Positions 1 through 9,231 of a stretch of DNA of 64,000 nt are shown here, in pieces. A program made the position numbers and the translations under genes. Within the stretch, counting starts at the first letter, position 1. Every line of letters starts with the position of its first letter. Source of the DNA: Anaerolineales bacterium. GTDB lineage: Bacteria; Chloroflexota; Anaerolineae; Anaerolineales; UBA4823. The stretch covers positions 73,676 to 137,675 of the forward strand of contig JANXBJ010000005.1 of assembly GCA_025057645.1 (NCBI GenBank), written 5' to 3'. Below the pieces are notes generated by a model that ran no database searches, was not told the origin of the DNA, and saw only the letters and a list, made by a program, of their open reading frames with translations.

Positions 1-918
1 AATCCGCCAGACCTTTGTTTTTCGTTGCAATTGAGTCCTCCCTCCGAGGGCGAAATTCAAATTTGGAGACCACAGAAACCTTTCTCGGAGACCGAGAAGC
101 GTTTTCTGCAAATCTTCATTTCTCAAGCCGGTCTGGCGTTAGAACGCCTGCGCTTGAGGCATGCTGAGATTCAAGCCAAAATCTTAGCCGAGAGCGATCG
201 TCTGAAGGCATCGCTGCTCTCGTCTGTATCGCACGAACTGCGCACGCCATTGGCAGCGATCAAGGCTGCTATCTCAAGCTTGAACAGCCCGAGCGTCGAA
301 TTGGATACAGACAGTCGCAAGGAATTGATGGCGATGATCGAAGAAGAAACCGATCACCTGAATCTTCTGGTCGGCAATCTGCTGAATATGTCTAGGTTAG
401 AAGCCGGAGCACTCACCCTCGAGCGTTCGTGGAGCCGTTTAGAGGACATCGTGCGCAGCGCAACGGAGAGGACGCGCGTTTACTCGAAAGACCATCAGGT
501 TGTCGTTCAATTCCCGCCCGGATTGCCCGATCTCTATGTAGATTATCTGCTGATGGAACAGGTCTTGATCAACTTGATTAACAACAGCCTCAAACACTCG
601 CCGGCGGGGAGTAAAGTGGAAATTGTTGTGTTTCCGCCGGAGACTGACCAAGTGAGAGTCGAGGTGCGCAACCAGAGCCCGGCGATTCCGCCCGAATATC
701 TGGAACGCATCTTCGATAAGTTCTTTCGCTTAGAACAACCCCAGCGGGTGCGCGGCATAGGGCTTGGGTTGGCTATTTGCAAAGGGATTATTGAAGCCCA
801 CGGAGGAAAAATTTGGGCAGAGAATCGAGAGCGGGGCATTGCTTTCGTTTTCACTGTACCTTTACAGAGCAACGCAGTGGTTTCTGAAGTGGTTCAGCTA
901 AAAGAGGGCGAGCTTTGA
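1..918 (+). CDS. kdpD: Sensor histidine kinase, C-terminal portion (KdpD-like); 5' end lies outside the window
   Basis: The frame is open from nt 1, with no stop before the listed ORF at 25. H-box SVSHELRTPLAAIKAAI, N-box LINLINNSLKHSP and G-box GIGLGLAICKGIIEAHGG are present. The stop overlaps the TTG start of the KdpE-like regulator (TTGA at 915-918). Confidence 0.8.
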   Translation, partial: NPPDLCFSLQLSPPSEGEIQIWRPQKPFSETEKRFLQIFISQAGLALERLRLRHAEIQAKILAESDRLKASLLSSVSHELRTPLAAIKAAISSLNSPSVELDTDSRKELMAMIEEETDHLNLLVGNLLNMSRLEAGALTLERSWSRLEDIVRSATERTRVYSKDHQVVVQFPPGLPDLYVDYLLMEQVLINLINNSLKHSPAGSKVEIVVFPPETDQVRVEVRNQSPAIPPEYLERIFDKFFRLEQPQRVRGIGLGLAICKGIIEAHGGKIWAENRERGIAFVFTVPLQSNAVVSEVVQLKEGEL

Positions 919-1607
919 ATCCAGAAGTTCATATTCTCGTCATTGATGATGAACCTCAAATCCGTCGCGCCCTGCGCACGATTCTGGCGGCGCATCACTT
1001 TCGAGTGAGTCTGGCGAGCAGCGGCGAAGAAGGCTTGGCGTTGGCAGCCAGCTTACAGCCCGATTTGATCATCCTCGACCTCGGTTTGCCGGATCTGGAT
1101 GGGATTGAGGTGTGTCGGCGATTGCGGGAATGGAGCCAAGTTCCCATTATCGTCCTTTCGGTGCGAGATAGCGAACGGGATAAGGTGATTGCCCTCGATC
1201 GCGGCGCCGATGACTATTTGACCAAGCCGTTTGGGATCGAGGAATTGTTAGCCCGCATTCGCGTTGCCTTACGCCATGCTGCTCAATCGCCCAGAGAGGG
1301 CACAAAAGTGGTGCGCAGCGGTGATGTAGTGATCGACCTCGTCAATCATCGGGTTACCCGGCGGGGTGAGGAAGTTCGGCTAACCTCAACCGAATATAGG
1401 TTGCTGGCTTACCTTGCCCGCCATGCCGGAAAAGTGCTCTCACACCGCACCATCCTTGCCAATGTCTGGGACCCTGCCGATGCCGATCGCCTTGAATACC
1501 TGCGAGTCTACATTCGACAGTTGAGGAAAAAGCTGGAAGAAGACCCCGAAAATCCCAAGATCATCGTCAACGAACCTGGAATCGGCTATCGCCTTTACGC
1601 CGAGTGA
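915..1607 (+). CDS. kdpE: OmpR-family response regulator, KdpE-like
   Basis: Receiver domain (ILVIDDE, DLIILDLGLPDLDG, KPF) plus winged-helix output. The C-terminal block YLRVYIRQLRKKLEEDPENPKIIVNEPGIGYRL closely resembles E. coli KdpE as I remember it. Confidence 0.8.
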   Translation: MNPEVHILVIDDEPQIRRALRTILAAHHFRVSLASSGEEGLALAASLQPDLIILDLGLPDLDGIEVCRRLREWSQVPIIVLSVRDSERDKVIALDRGADDYLTKPFGIEELLARIRVALRHAAQSPREGTKVVRSGDVVIDLVNHRVTRRGEEVRLTSTEYRLLAYLARHAGKVLSHRTILANVWDPADADRLEYLRVYIRQLRKKLEEDPENPKIIVNEPGIGYRLYAE

Positions 1608-1786
1608 ATTTTTATTCTTTTTTTATCCCCTCTCTTCCCCTCTTTATTCATTCTTAATTCCTTTGCGCTATAAGCAGCTAGGATGCAGATCATCCAGACG
1701 GGTTCTCCCTTTTTGAGGGGCCGACGTTTTATCGATTCGAAAGAGTTAGTAAACAAGTTCTCTTCAGTTGATAGAAAGAAGGCGAG

Positions 1787-2881
1787 ATGCTTCATACAAC
1801 TGCAAAACACGACCTGATCTTCCACATCGAGAAGAGCTTTTACATCGAGGGGGAGCAAAAAGGGATGCTTTGGCGCAATCAAACTAAAACCGTTCGGCAA
1901 CAGTTCGTTGCCCAGGCGGAGCAAATTTTGCGGGCGATTCAAGAAAATCGCCCTGTCCTTGAGTTCTCTTTACCCGAAAAAGTGATTCTCATCGATCCCT
2001 TTACCCATGCCTACCGCGAAGAGCCTGTTCCTGTGCGCCATCGTCGCCAGACGATTCGGCGTCGCTTCTTTCGCCGCGGCCGATCGATCCTATCGGACGT
2101 GCTTCAACGCCTGAGCGATCTGCAAAGCTCCTCATATCTGTCCCTTTCTTTGTCCGCAAACATCCTGCGCTATTGGATCGCCCGCCTTTGGCTCAACCAA
2201 ATTCCCGAAGGAGAACCCTTTCCGCAGAGTCCATCGCCACAGTCGCCTTCCGCAACAACAGTTGAGCCTCGAAGAGGTTTCCCGGAGTGGTTGCTTTTCG
2301 ATACCAAGGGAGACCCGCTCTTTTCCACTCCAGAAGAAGTTGAGCAACGCATCCGTGCCATCAAGTCCGCCCTGCAAAGCCTTCTCTCTGTGATGGCTAT
2401 CGATCCAAGCATTGTGGAAGAAGAAGCGTTTCGTTCCCGCTATACAGCTTTAGTGACGCAATGGACGGAACAGGGACGGTTATATTCTGAACATCTCACC
2501 AAAGGGATTATCTCGACCATCCATCAACGCAAAAGTCAACACACTCTGAACCGCGGTTTGTCCATCCATCTTCCCTACTTTGACGATCAATTACTTGAGA
2601 TCGAGTACCTTGATCTGGAGGTAGTACCACCGGGTCGCATCCCCTTTGAGGAGGTTTTCCTCTTTGAAGCCGTCCAAAAAGCTAAACAACAGGTATCCAA
2701 GGATGGGAAGCTAAGCCCAACCACACGCCAACATTTGCTCGCCGAGTTGGAGCTTTTGGAGTCCTCCTGTTCAAGTTGTCCCTCCTACTTACCGGTAGGA
2801 GTTTTATCTCCCTATTATCACTGGGTCAAAGCCTCTCCTTCTAGCGATGTTCTACAAAACAGCTCAAAATCCGACGGTTGA
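1787..2881 (+). CDS. Hypothetical soluble protein, partner of the KimA-like transporter (copy 1); paralog of 49661..50812
   Basis: 364-aa ORF with no TM segments and no domain I recognise. It shares collinear blocks with the 383-aa ORF at 49661..50812 (TLNRGLSIHLPYFDDQ vs NLNRGLTIRLPYFDDQ; LSPTTRQHLLAELELLE vs LNPTTRKYIIKQLKMLEE). The transporter gene follows 24 nt downstream. Confidence 0.7.
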   Translation: MLHTTAKHDLIFHIEKSFYIEGEQKGMLWRNQTKTVRQQFVAQAEQILRAIQENRPVLEFSLPEKVILIDPFTHAYREEPVPVRHRRQTIRRRFFRRGRSILSDVLQRLSDLQSSSYLSLSLSANILRYWIARLWLNQIPEGEPFPQSPSPQSPSATTVEPRRGFPEWLLFDTKGDPLFSTPEEVEQRIRAIKSALQSLLSVMAIDPSIVEEEAFRSRYTALVTQWTEQGRLYSEHLTKGIISTIHQRKSQHTLNRGLSIHLPYFDDQLLEIEYLDLEVVPPGRIPFEEVFLFEAVQKAKQQVSKDGKLSPTTRQHLLAELELLESSCSSCPSYLPVGVLSPYYHWVKASPSSDVLQNSSKSDG

Positions 2882-2905
2882 AACTATATAAACGAGGTAG
2901 GAAAG

Positions 2906-4687
2906 ATGTTGTTCTCCATAGCTCTCTTGTTGCTCTTTGTCTTTCTCTCTCTAAAGGGTGCTCCAAAAGAGCGCGAAGAAGACGCGCATGTTCATGGTGC
3001 GGGCCAAATCGGCGTAATAGCCGCTTTAGCCCTCTTCGGAGTGGATTACTTCACTTCGTTCTATTACGCCACCGGCGAAATGATGAGCGCCTTGCACCCC
3101 TATGGCTTACAAAAGTGGGGCTATATCTCCACGGCGGTTATTGCTTTTGCCAATATTGTGTTTGGACTGCTTTATATGTACTCCTTGGGCATCTTCAATG
3201 AGGGTGGTGGGTCTTACACGGCTTCGATGCGCTATCTCTCCCCCGGCATAAGCCTCGTTGTAGCCGTCTTGCTGATCCAAGATTATATTTTTACGATAGT
3301 CGTCTCCACCCTCTCGGGCGCCGACCAAATGCTCTCGATTTTGAATATGTACAATGTCAATTGGATTTGGCACTTCTTGATCGGCGCCGCCCTTGCCAGT
3401 GTGACTTACTATCTGACCATCCGCGGCCGAGGGGAGTCCGCCCGAGTGGTCTTTACCCTGCTGGGTATCTTCTTCTTCTTGACCCTGACCATGTTGATCG
3501 GGTTGATCATCGCTCACGAGAAAGGTGTCCCCCCTGTGCCCTATCATCAAGAAGTCGAGCAGGTTTCTTTAGGACGCGCCCTGTTTCACCTGCTCACGGC
3601 ATCCATGAAAGGGTTGGTCGCCCTGACAGGGCTAGAAGCTATGTCTAATGGGATCCAATTCGTTAAGAACGAAGATTTTGCATTGGTGCGTTGGGGCAAG
3701 CAAAAACTGCCTCAGTTACGCTCTCTGTGGAACTTTTACAGTGGCAAATCTGGGATTGGGCGGTTCGTCCAAACATCTTTCCTGTTCTATGGCGGGTTGA
3801 CGACCTTGATGCTCACCACCTTCGCTATCCGCTTCAATGTCTTTGACGGGACGTTGGGCAGAACTCTGGTCGGGAACCTGGCGTATATCGGTTTTGGTCA
3901 GCTTCCGGGTGGAATTTTCCTTTTTTGGGTCTACCAAATCTTAGCCGTAGCCATGCTTGCTGCTGCATCAATGACCGCTTTCCAGGACTTGCAAGCGACT
4001 GCTTGGCGAGATGTCGCCATTGGCGAAATCCCTGAAATCGTGGTGTATCGCAATGCCCAAGGAACCTTTACCCGCTCGGTGACGGCCGGCTTTATCGTTG
4101 CGGTGATCATTCAATTGTTAGTGCGCGGCCGCACATCTGCAGCCGTTCCGTATTATGGGATTGGGGTGTTTGTTCCGATCACTGCCATGGGACTGGCGAT
4201 CCGCCGGCATATCCTGAAGAACTACACCGGAAAAGCCCGCACTTGGGGGAGCTTGGGCGCCAGTTTTTCGGTTGTGCTTTCTTTCCTAGTGTTCGTTGGG
4301 CAGATTGTAGGCAAATGGGAGGAAGGCGGTTGGGTTGTCTTGATTTCCTTCTCGGTGTTGATCTTGGTTGCCCACGCGCTCCTCATCTCCCCGATCGGTT
4401 ATCGCTCGCCGCAACAGATTTACCGCATCGTACGCCAAAAGGCGCGCGTACAGGGTGCCATGGCGACCATTGTCGAATGGCAATCGCTGAAAATGCAGGA
4501 ATATCGTTATGCGATCCTGGTCGGCATCACCCGTGCCCTCGAGCTATTCGGCGTTCGCCGGCCGGTTCGCTTTGAACCTCCACCGCCGGCCGGGGATTAC
4601 ATCGAGGCTCTTCATGATGAACAGTCGGGTATCGATATCCTACAACCCTATCTCAATGAATCAAACCTGGCGCCGCTTCCGAAATAG
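2906..4687 (+). CDS. Polytopic APC-superfamily transporter, KimA-like (putative K+/cation transporter), copy 1
   Basis: 593 aa with many hydrophobic helices. Motifs FNEGGGSY, LIQDYIFTIVVSTLSGADQ, LTGLEAMSNG and VPYYGIGVFVPIT resemble what I recall of B. subtilis KimA (GGGAY, LVDYILTVAVSISAG, LTGVEAISN, YAVGVFIPFT). Paralog of 47808..49625. Confidence 0.6.
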   Translation: MLFSIALLLLFVFLSLKGAPKEREEDAHVHGAGQIGVIAALALFGVDYFTSFYYATGEMMSALHPYGLQKWGYISTAVIAFANIVFGLLYMYSLGIFNEGGGSYTASMRYLSPGISLVVAVLLIQDYIFTIVVSTLSGADQMLSILNMYNVNWIWHFLIGAALASVTYYLTIRGRGESARVVFTLLGIFFFLTLTMLIGLIIAHEKGVPPVPYHQEVEQVSLGRALFHLLTASMKGLVALTGLEAMSNGIQFVKNEDFALVRWGKQKLPQLRSLWNFYSGKSGIGRFVQTSFLFYGGLTTLMLTTFAIRFNVFDGTLGRTLVGNLAYIGFGQLPGGIFLFWVYQILAVAMLAAASMTAFQDLQATAWRDVAIGEIPEIVVYRNAQGTFTRSVTAGFIVAVIIQLLVRGRTSAAVPYYGIGVFVPITAMGLAIRRHILKNYTGKARTWGSLGASFSVVLSFLVFVGQIVGKWEEGGWVVLISFSVLILVAHALLISPIGYRSPQQIYRIVRQKARVQGAMATIVEWQSLKMQEYRYAILVGITRALELFGVRRPVRFEPPPPAGDYIEALHDEQSGIDILQPYLNESNLAPLPK

Positions 4688-5000
4688 CCCGAAGTTGGAG
4701 CAAAGCTCGCTCCTAAGCTCGGTGAGGGGTCTGAGAGGTGCAATCTAAAGGCCCCTCACCCCGCCTTTGGAGCAATCTGAGGCGGTGAGCTGTGGCCTAG
4801 TGCTGCATTTTGCGGCGCGTTTGGGTCTCCTCAGAAAGGGAAAGGTAGAGGGGTCAGAAGCTCTAGCGCTCGACCTCCTGGCGTGGGGAACTGGCCAGCA
4901 GGCTGAGAAGTGTAACTGGGGTGCGCCTGACGCTGCGCTGCGGCAAGCAGGGGATGTCAAGAAGCCCCCAAGACTGCTTTCGGCCTTCTAAAAGCTGAGA

Positions 5001-6311
5001 TTAGGAGGCCCCTTGGCTCAGAGCTTTAGCGCGCTCGGCCATTTGGTTGCGCAAGGTGTGGACATCGTGGTCGATGGTGAAAAGCGCACCGATATAGATC
5101 ACGAAGCACAGCAGCCAGGCGGTGGTACAAATGACCAGAATTGCCTGCCCCAGACCGATGGCTACCGCCACTGCACCGGCCAGTGCCGGCGCCAAGGCAG
5201 CACCGCTGTTTTCGATGAAATACTCGACAGCCTGAGCCGTGCTGCGCACTTCGGGAGCGGTGACATCGAACACAGTGGCGATCACATTGGCCGAGGCAAA
5301 CGGCATAAAGACCGCCGTCAGGGCCATCATGACGAAGAACTGACCTCGTGCCTCAACCGGGGTGGTTAAGGCCAGCACTAAAAAGATTGCTCCCATAATC
5401 ACCCCGAACGAGGAGACCAAAATACGCCCCTTATTCGTGCGCTTGAACAGCCAATCACCCAGGGCGCCTCCGATCAAATAGCCCGAAGCTAAAATGAGGA
5501 TCACCGGTGCCATCGTGAACAGCACCGACTCGTTATCGTATCCCCGCTCACGCATGAGGTAGCCGAAGAAGAAGTAGGTGATCACATTCCAAGGGAAGAC
5601 GCCGAAGAAACCTTGAACGAAGATAAACCACATGGTCCGTTTTCTAAAGATCTCCTTGGCTTCCGCCCACGAGAAGCGGAACTGTCCGATCTCCGTCATT
5701 CCTTCAAATTCGGGCTCGGCTTTGCCGCGCGGCATGTCTTTGACGCCGAGGAAGATGGTGAGGGCGATGAGAATCCCTAAGGAGCCGGTGAGGTAGAAGA
5801 CCGAACGCCAGCCGCCGATCGCCGGTGCCACCATCAAGGCGAGGATCATGCCCAGAAGATAGCCCAGCGGCTGGGCGAGTTGCAAAATGCCGTAGATTTT
5901 GCCGCGCAGGTGAGGGCCGAAATAGTCCGCGATCAAACTGTATAAACCCGGGTAGGAGGAGTCGTCAATGCCGGTTGAAGCCCGAGTAGCCAGAAAGGCC
6001 GGATAAGTGCGTACGATGGCACTCAGCCAAGTGGTTGATCCCCAGATCAAGGAGGCCAATGCCAGCAGTTTGTTGCGCGCATAGCGGTCATAGAGATACC
6101 CCCAAATCGGGTAGAGAAGGGTTGCGACCACCAGCGAGCCCGAGTTGATCAGGCCCCATTGGAAGTCGTTTAGTCCAAAGGTTTGGCTAACCGGCAACTG
6201 GAGCGAACCGATCATGAGTTTGTCGGTCTGATGAAGGAGCATAAAGGAGAAGAAAACTAAGACCACGAACCAGCGGTATCGGGCGAACTTCGTGTCCATG
6301 TCCGACCTCAT
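5001..6311 (-). CDS. MFS transporter
   Basis: 436 aa with about 12 hydrophobic helices in a typical MFS layout; a D-R-x-x-R-like loop (YDRYARNK) follows TM2. Confidence 0.7.
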   Translation of the reverse strand: MRSDMDTKFARYRWFVVLVFFSFMLLHQTDKLMIGSLQLPVSQTFGLNDFQWGLINSGSLVVATLLYPIWGYLYDRYARNKLLALASLIWGSTTWLSAIVRTYPAFLATRASTGIDDSSYPGLYSLIADYFGPHLRGKIYGILQLAQPLGYLLGMILALMVAPAIGGWRSVFYLTGSLGILIALTIFLGVKDMPRGKAEPEFEGMTEIGQFRFSWAEAKEIFRKRTMWFIFVQGFFGVFPWNVITYFFFGYLMRERGYDNESVLFTMAPVILILASGYLIGGALGDWLFKRTNKGRILVSSFGVIMGAIFLVLALTTPVEARGQFFVMMALTAVFMPFASANVIATVFDVTAPEVRSTAQAVEYFIENSGAALAPALAGAVAVAIGLGQAILVICTTAWLLCFVIYIGALFTIDHDVHTLRNQMAERAKALSQGAS

Positions 6312-6478
6312 AGATTAGGAATACAGCTAGAGTTTAGTCCAAAACTTAGGGAATGTCAAAGTTGGATCAAGGCGTTTTTTCCGGCGAGCTGCCTTATTAA
6401 GAAGTTGCACAAGAAGCAAGCCCGTGTTAAAATTGCATCCAAACGAGTAAAGTTTTGTTCATCCGTAGGGAAAATCTC

Positions 6479-7066
6479 ATGGCCGAAGAAATGGTTGAGG
6501 TTGTAATTGACAGTATTCGGGTCAGCCTAATGTCTCAGCAGCGGATTGTGATCCTCCGTGAGATCAATGCTGAGCGCTATCTCCCGATTTGGATTGGCGT
6601 GTACGAAGCCGAGGCTATCACGATTGCCTTGCAGGAAGTGGAGGTAGCCCGGCCTCTGACGCACGATCTCCTGAAAAACATATTCCATGTCTTCAATGCG
6701 CGCATCTTACGGGTGGAAGTGGCTGCGCTGAAGGATGACACCTTCTACGGCAACATCGTTGCCGAAATAAACGGGAGAACGGTGCACATTGACGCTCGAC
6801 CTTCGGACGCCCTGAATTTGGCGGTGCGCGCTCGGGTGCCCATCTATGTCGCCAAGTCGGTGATGGACGTTGCCGGTGTCGTTCCGGAAAAAGACCTACA
6901 GCGGGAGACCGAGGAAAGCCTGCCGGCGGCCACTCCCTCCAGCCCTAAGCCGGTTCCAGAAGAGGACCTCACGGATGAACGGTTATCGGTCTTTGAAGAT
7001 TTCTTGGAGAAACTCGACCTGGACAAGGGTCCAGAGGAAGACGATAGCGAGGAAGAAGACAAGTGA
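6479..7066 (+). CDS. Bifunctional nuclease family protein (DUF151/BFN) with acidic C-terminal tail
   Basis: Blocks RIVILREINAERYLPIWIG, EAEAI, RPLTHDL and DARPSDALNLAVR are typical of DUF151. I prefer the ATG at 6479 (MAEEMVEV) over the upstream TTG at 6455. Confidence 0.7.
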   Translation: MAEEMVEVVIDSIRVSLMSQQRIVILREINAERYLPIWIGVYEAEAITIALQEVEVARPLTHDLLKNIFHVFNARILRVEVAALKDDTFYGNIVAEINGRTVHIDARPSDALNLAVRARVPIYVAKSVMDVAGVVPEKDLQRETEESLPAATPSSPKPVPEEDLTDERLSVFEDFLEKLDLDKGPEEDDSEEEDK

Positions 7067-7129
7067 AATCTGGGCCCGATTGTAGAACCTAGCACTTGCT
7101 GAGATCATAGGCAAAAGAGAAGCAAGCCA

Positions 7130-8506
7130 ATGGCCTCTTTTTACCCCTCGGAGGAGACCACCGCTCCCGGTCCTCTGCTTGTCCCTCACAACCGGGAGGC
7201 AGAGGAGGCTGTCTTAGGCTCGGTATTGATCAACCCCGAGGCCTACTTTGAGGTGGCCAGTTTTCTCCGCCCCGAGGATTTTTACCTCATCCGTCATCGC
7301 TGGATTTGGGAGTGCTTCACGCACCTTCACGAAACCCGGACGCCCATCGACTACCTTACCGTGACCGAGGAACTAGCGCGTCGCGGTCAATTGGAGGAAG
7401 TAGGAGGAGCTGCATATCTCTCCTACTTGATCACCAATGTGCCAACCTCCCTGCACGCTCAGGCCTACGCTCGTATTGTCGAGGCCAATTCTATCCGCCG
7501 GCAGATGATGAGTGCTGCCAATGAGATTGCTAAGCTGGCAGTCAAGGAAGACACCACGGTCGAAGACCTGATGGACGCTGCGGAGAAGGCCATTTTTGGC
7601 GTCAGCGAGCGGCGGCTCGAGCGAGACCTGAAGACCCTTCGTGCTGTGTTAGGCGAGTATTACGATCAGCTCGAAGCCATCGTCCTGCGCAGTGAGGAAA
7701 CTGTAGGCATCCCGACCGGCTTTATCGATCTTGACCGTCTGTTGGTGGGACTGCAGCCCTCGGATTTCATTATTGTCGCCGGCCGTCCCGGGATGGGAAA
7801 AACGGCTTTTCTGCTCTCGGTGGCGAAATACGTGGCGCAGGTCAAGCGCAAGCATGTGGCCATCTTTTCGATGGAGATGTCGAACGAGCAATTGGTGCAG
7901 CGGTTGTTGTCTCAGGAGACGGGCATTGACTCCCAGAAGCTGCGCACCGCTCGGTTAAGCGCCGAGGAGTGGCAAGTGTTGACTCAGGCGATCGAATCCC
8001 TGCGCAACGTGCAAATCTTCTTGGATGACACTCCGGCTCTAACGCCACTGCAAATGCGCACCAAATGTCGCCGCCTGCACCTTGAGTTCGGCTTGGACTT
8101 GGTGCTGGTGGACTATCTCCAGCTCATGAGCAGTGGGATGCGCCACGAAAACCGCGTTCAGGAAGTCTCCTATCTTTCGCGCAACATGAAGATCCTTGCT
8201 CGAGAGTTGAATGTGCCGGTGATGGTCGCAGCTCAGCTCTCCCGAGCCGTGGAACAGCGCGCCGATAAGGAGCCACAGCTCTCAGACTTGCGCGAGAGCG
8301 GCAGCTTGGAACAGGACGCCGATGTGGTGATTTTCCTCCATCGGCCTGCGGAGTATAAGAGCGATCCGCTAAGGCAAAACATCGTCGAACTCAAAGTGGC
8401 AAAACATCGCAACGGCCCGGTCGGCAGTTTGGAATTGGTCTTTCGCGAGAAGATCACCAAATTTGAAAACGCCGCCACGCGGGTGATTGACCTAAATCAG
8501 ATTTAG
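7130..8506 (+). CDS. dnaB: Replicative DNA helicase DnaB
   Basis: N-terminal PHNREAEEAVLGSVLINP, Walker A GRPGMGKTAF, Walker B LVLVDYLQLM, and later QLSRAVEQR and EQDADVV. Confidence 0.95.
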   Translation: MASFYPSEETTAPGPLLVPHNREAEEAVLGSVLINPEAYFEVASFLRPEDFYLIRHRWIWECFTHLHETRTPIDYLTVTEELARRGQLEEVGGAAYLSYLITNVPTSLHAQAYARIVEANSIRRQMMSAANEIAKLAVKEDTTVEDLMDAAEKAIFGVSERRLERDLKTLRAVLGEYYDQLEAIVLRSEETVGIPTGFIDLDRLLVGLQPSDFIIVAGRPGMGKTAFLLSVAKYVAQVKRKHVAIFSMEMSNEQLVQRLLSQETGIDSQKLRTARLSAEEWQVLTQAIESLRNVQIFLDDTPALTPLQMRTKCRRLHLEFGLDLVLVDYLQLMSSGMRHENRVQEVSYLSRNMKILARELNVPVMVAAQLSRAVEQRADKEPQLSDLRESGSLEQDADVVIFLHRPAEYKSDPLRQNIVELKVAKHRNGPVGSLELVFREKITKFENAATRVIDLNQI

Positions 8507-8511
8507 ACAAG

Positions 8512-9231
8512 ATGTCAGCCCTTAGAGTGTTCTCCGGTTTTTCCGAGGGCGCACGCCACACAGTCCCTCTGCCGACCGAGTTCTTTCGAGACCTGCTGGC
8601 AGAGGTTGACGATCTCAACGAGCTGAAGGTGATCCTTTACACCTTTTGGTTCTTGCACCGACAGGGTGGGGCGGTCCGTTATATCCGCGCAGTGGATTAT
8701 CAGAGGGATGCTGCTTTTATGGCCGGCCTCCTCTGCGAGGGCAGCCATCCGCAGCGGGCTCTGTCTCGGGCTTTGCAAAGGGCAGTGGAACGCGGGGTTC
8801 TGTTGCGCGGCTTGGTCCGCAGCGGAGAGGACGAGGTAGAGTTATTCTTCTTAAACACTTCCGTGGGTCGAGCAGCGCTTCAGGCGATTCAGGAGGGAAG
8901 ATGGCGCTTCACCGAAAGTCGGGACTATCCGGTCGAGGTCGAGGAGGAACTGCCCAATATTTATCGTCTCTACGAGCAACACATTGCGCCGCTCACGCCG
9001 ATGATCGCCGAGAGGTTGCGAGAAGCAGAGGAGACTTATCCCCCTCAGTGGATTGAGGAAGCCATTCGTATTGCGGTCGAGAACAACGCGCGAAGCTGGC
9101 GGTATGTAGAGGCTATTCTGAGGCGTTGGAAGGAAGAAGGCAAAGGTGAGCGAAAGGCTGGAGCAGATCCTCAAGAAGCTCTCCGAAAGTACTCCGAGCA
9201 GTGGCGAAAGCCGAGTGGAAAAACCCGCTGA
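8512..9231 (+). CDS. DnaD-domain replication protein
   Basis: The C-terminal block IYRLYEQHIAPLTPMIAERLREAEETYPPQWIEEAIRIAVENNARSWRYVEAILRRWKEEG matches the DnaD/DnaB_2 C-terminal domain pattern. The gene lies between dnaB and a DnaC-like loader. Confidence 0.65.
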   Translation: MSALRVFSGFSEGARHTVPLPTEFFRDLLAEVDDLNELKVILYTFWFLHRQGGAVRYIRAVDYQRDAAFMAGLLCEGSHPQRALSRALQRAVERGVLLRGLVRSGEDEVELFFLNTSVGRAALQAIQEGRWRFTESRDYPVEVEEELPNIYRLYEQHIAPLTPMIAERLREAEETYPPQWIEEAIRIAVENNARSWRYVEAILRRWKEEGKGERKAGADPQEALRKYSEQWRKPSGKTR

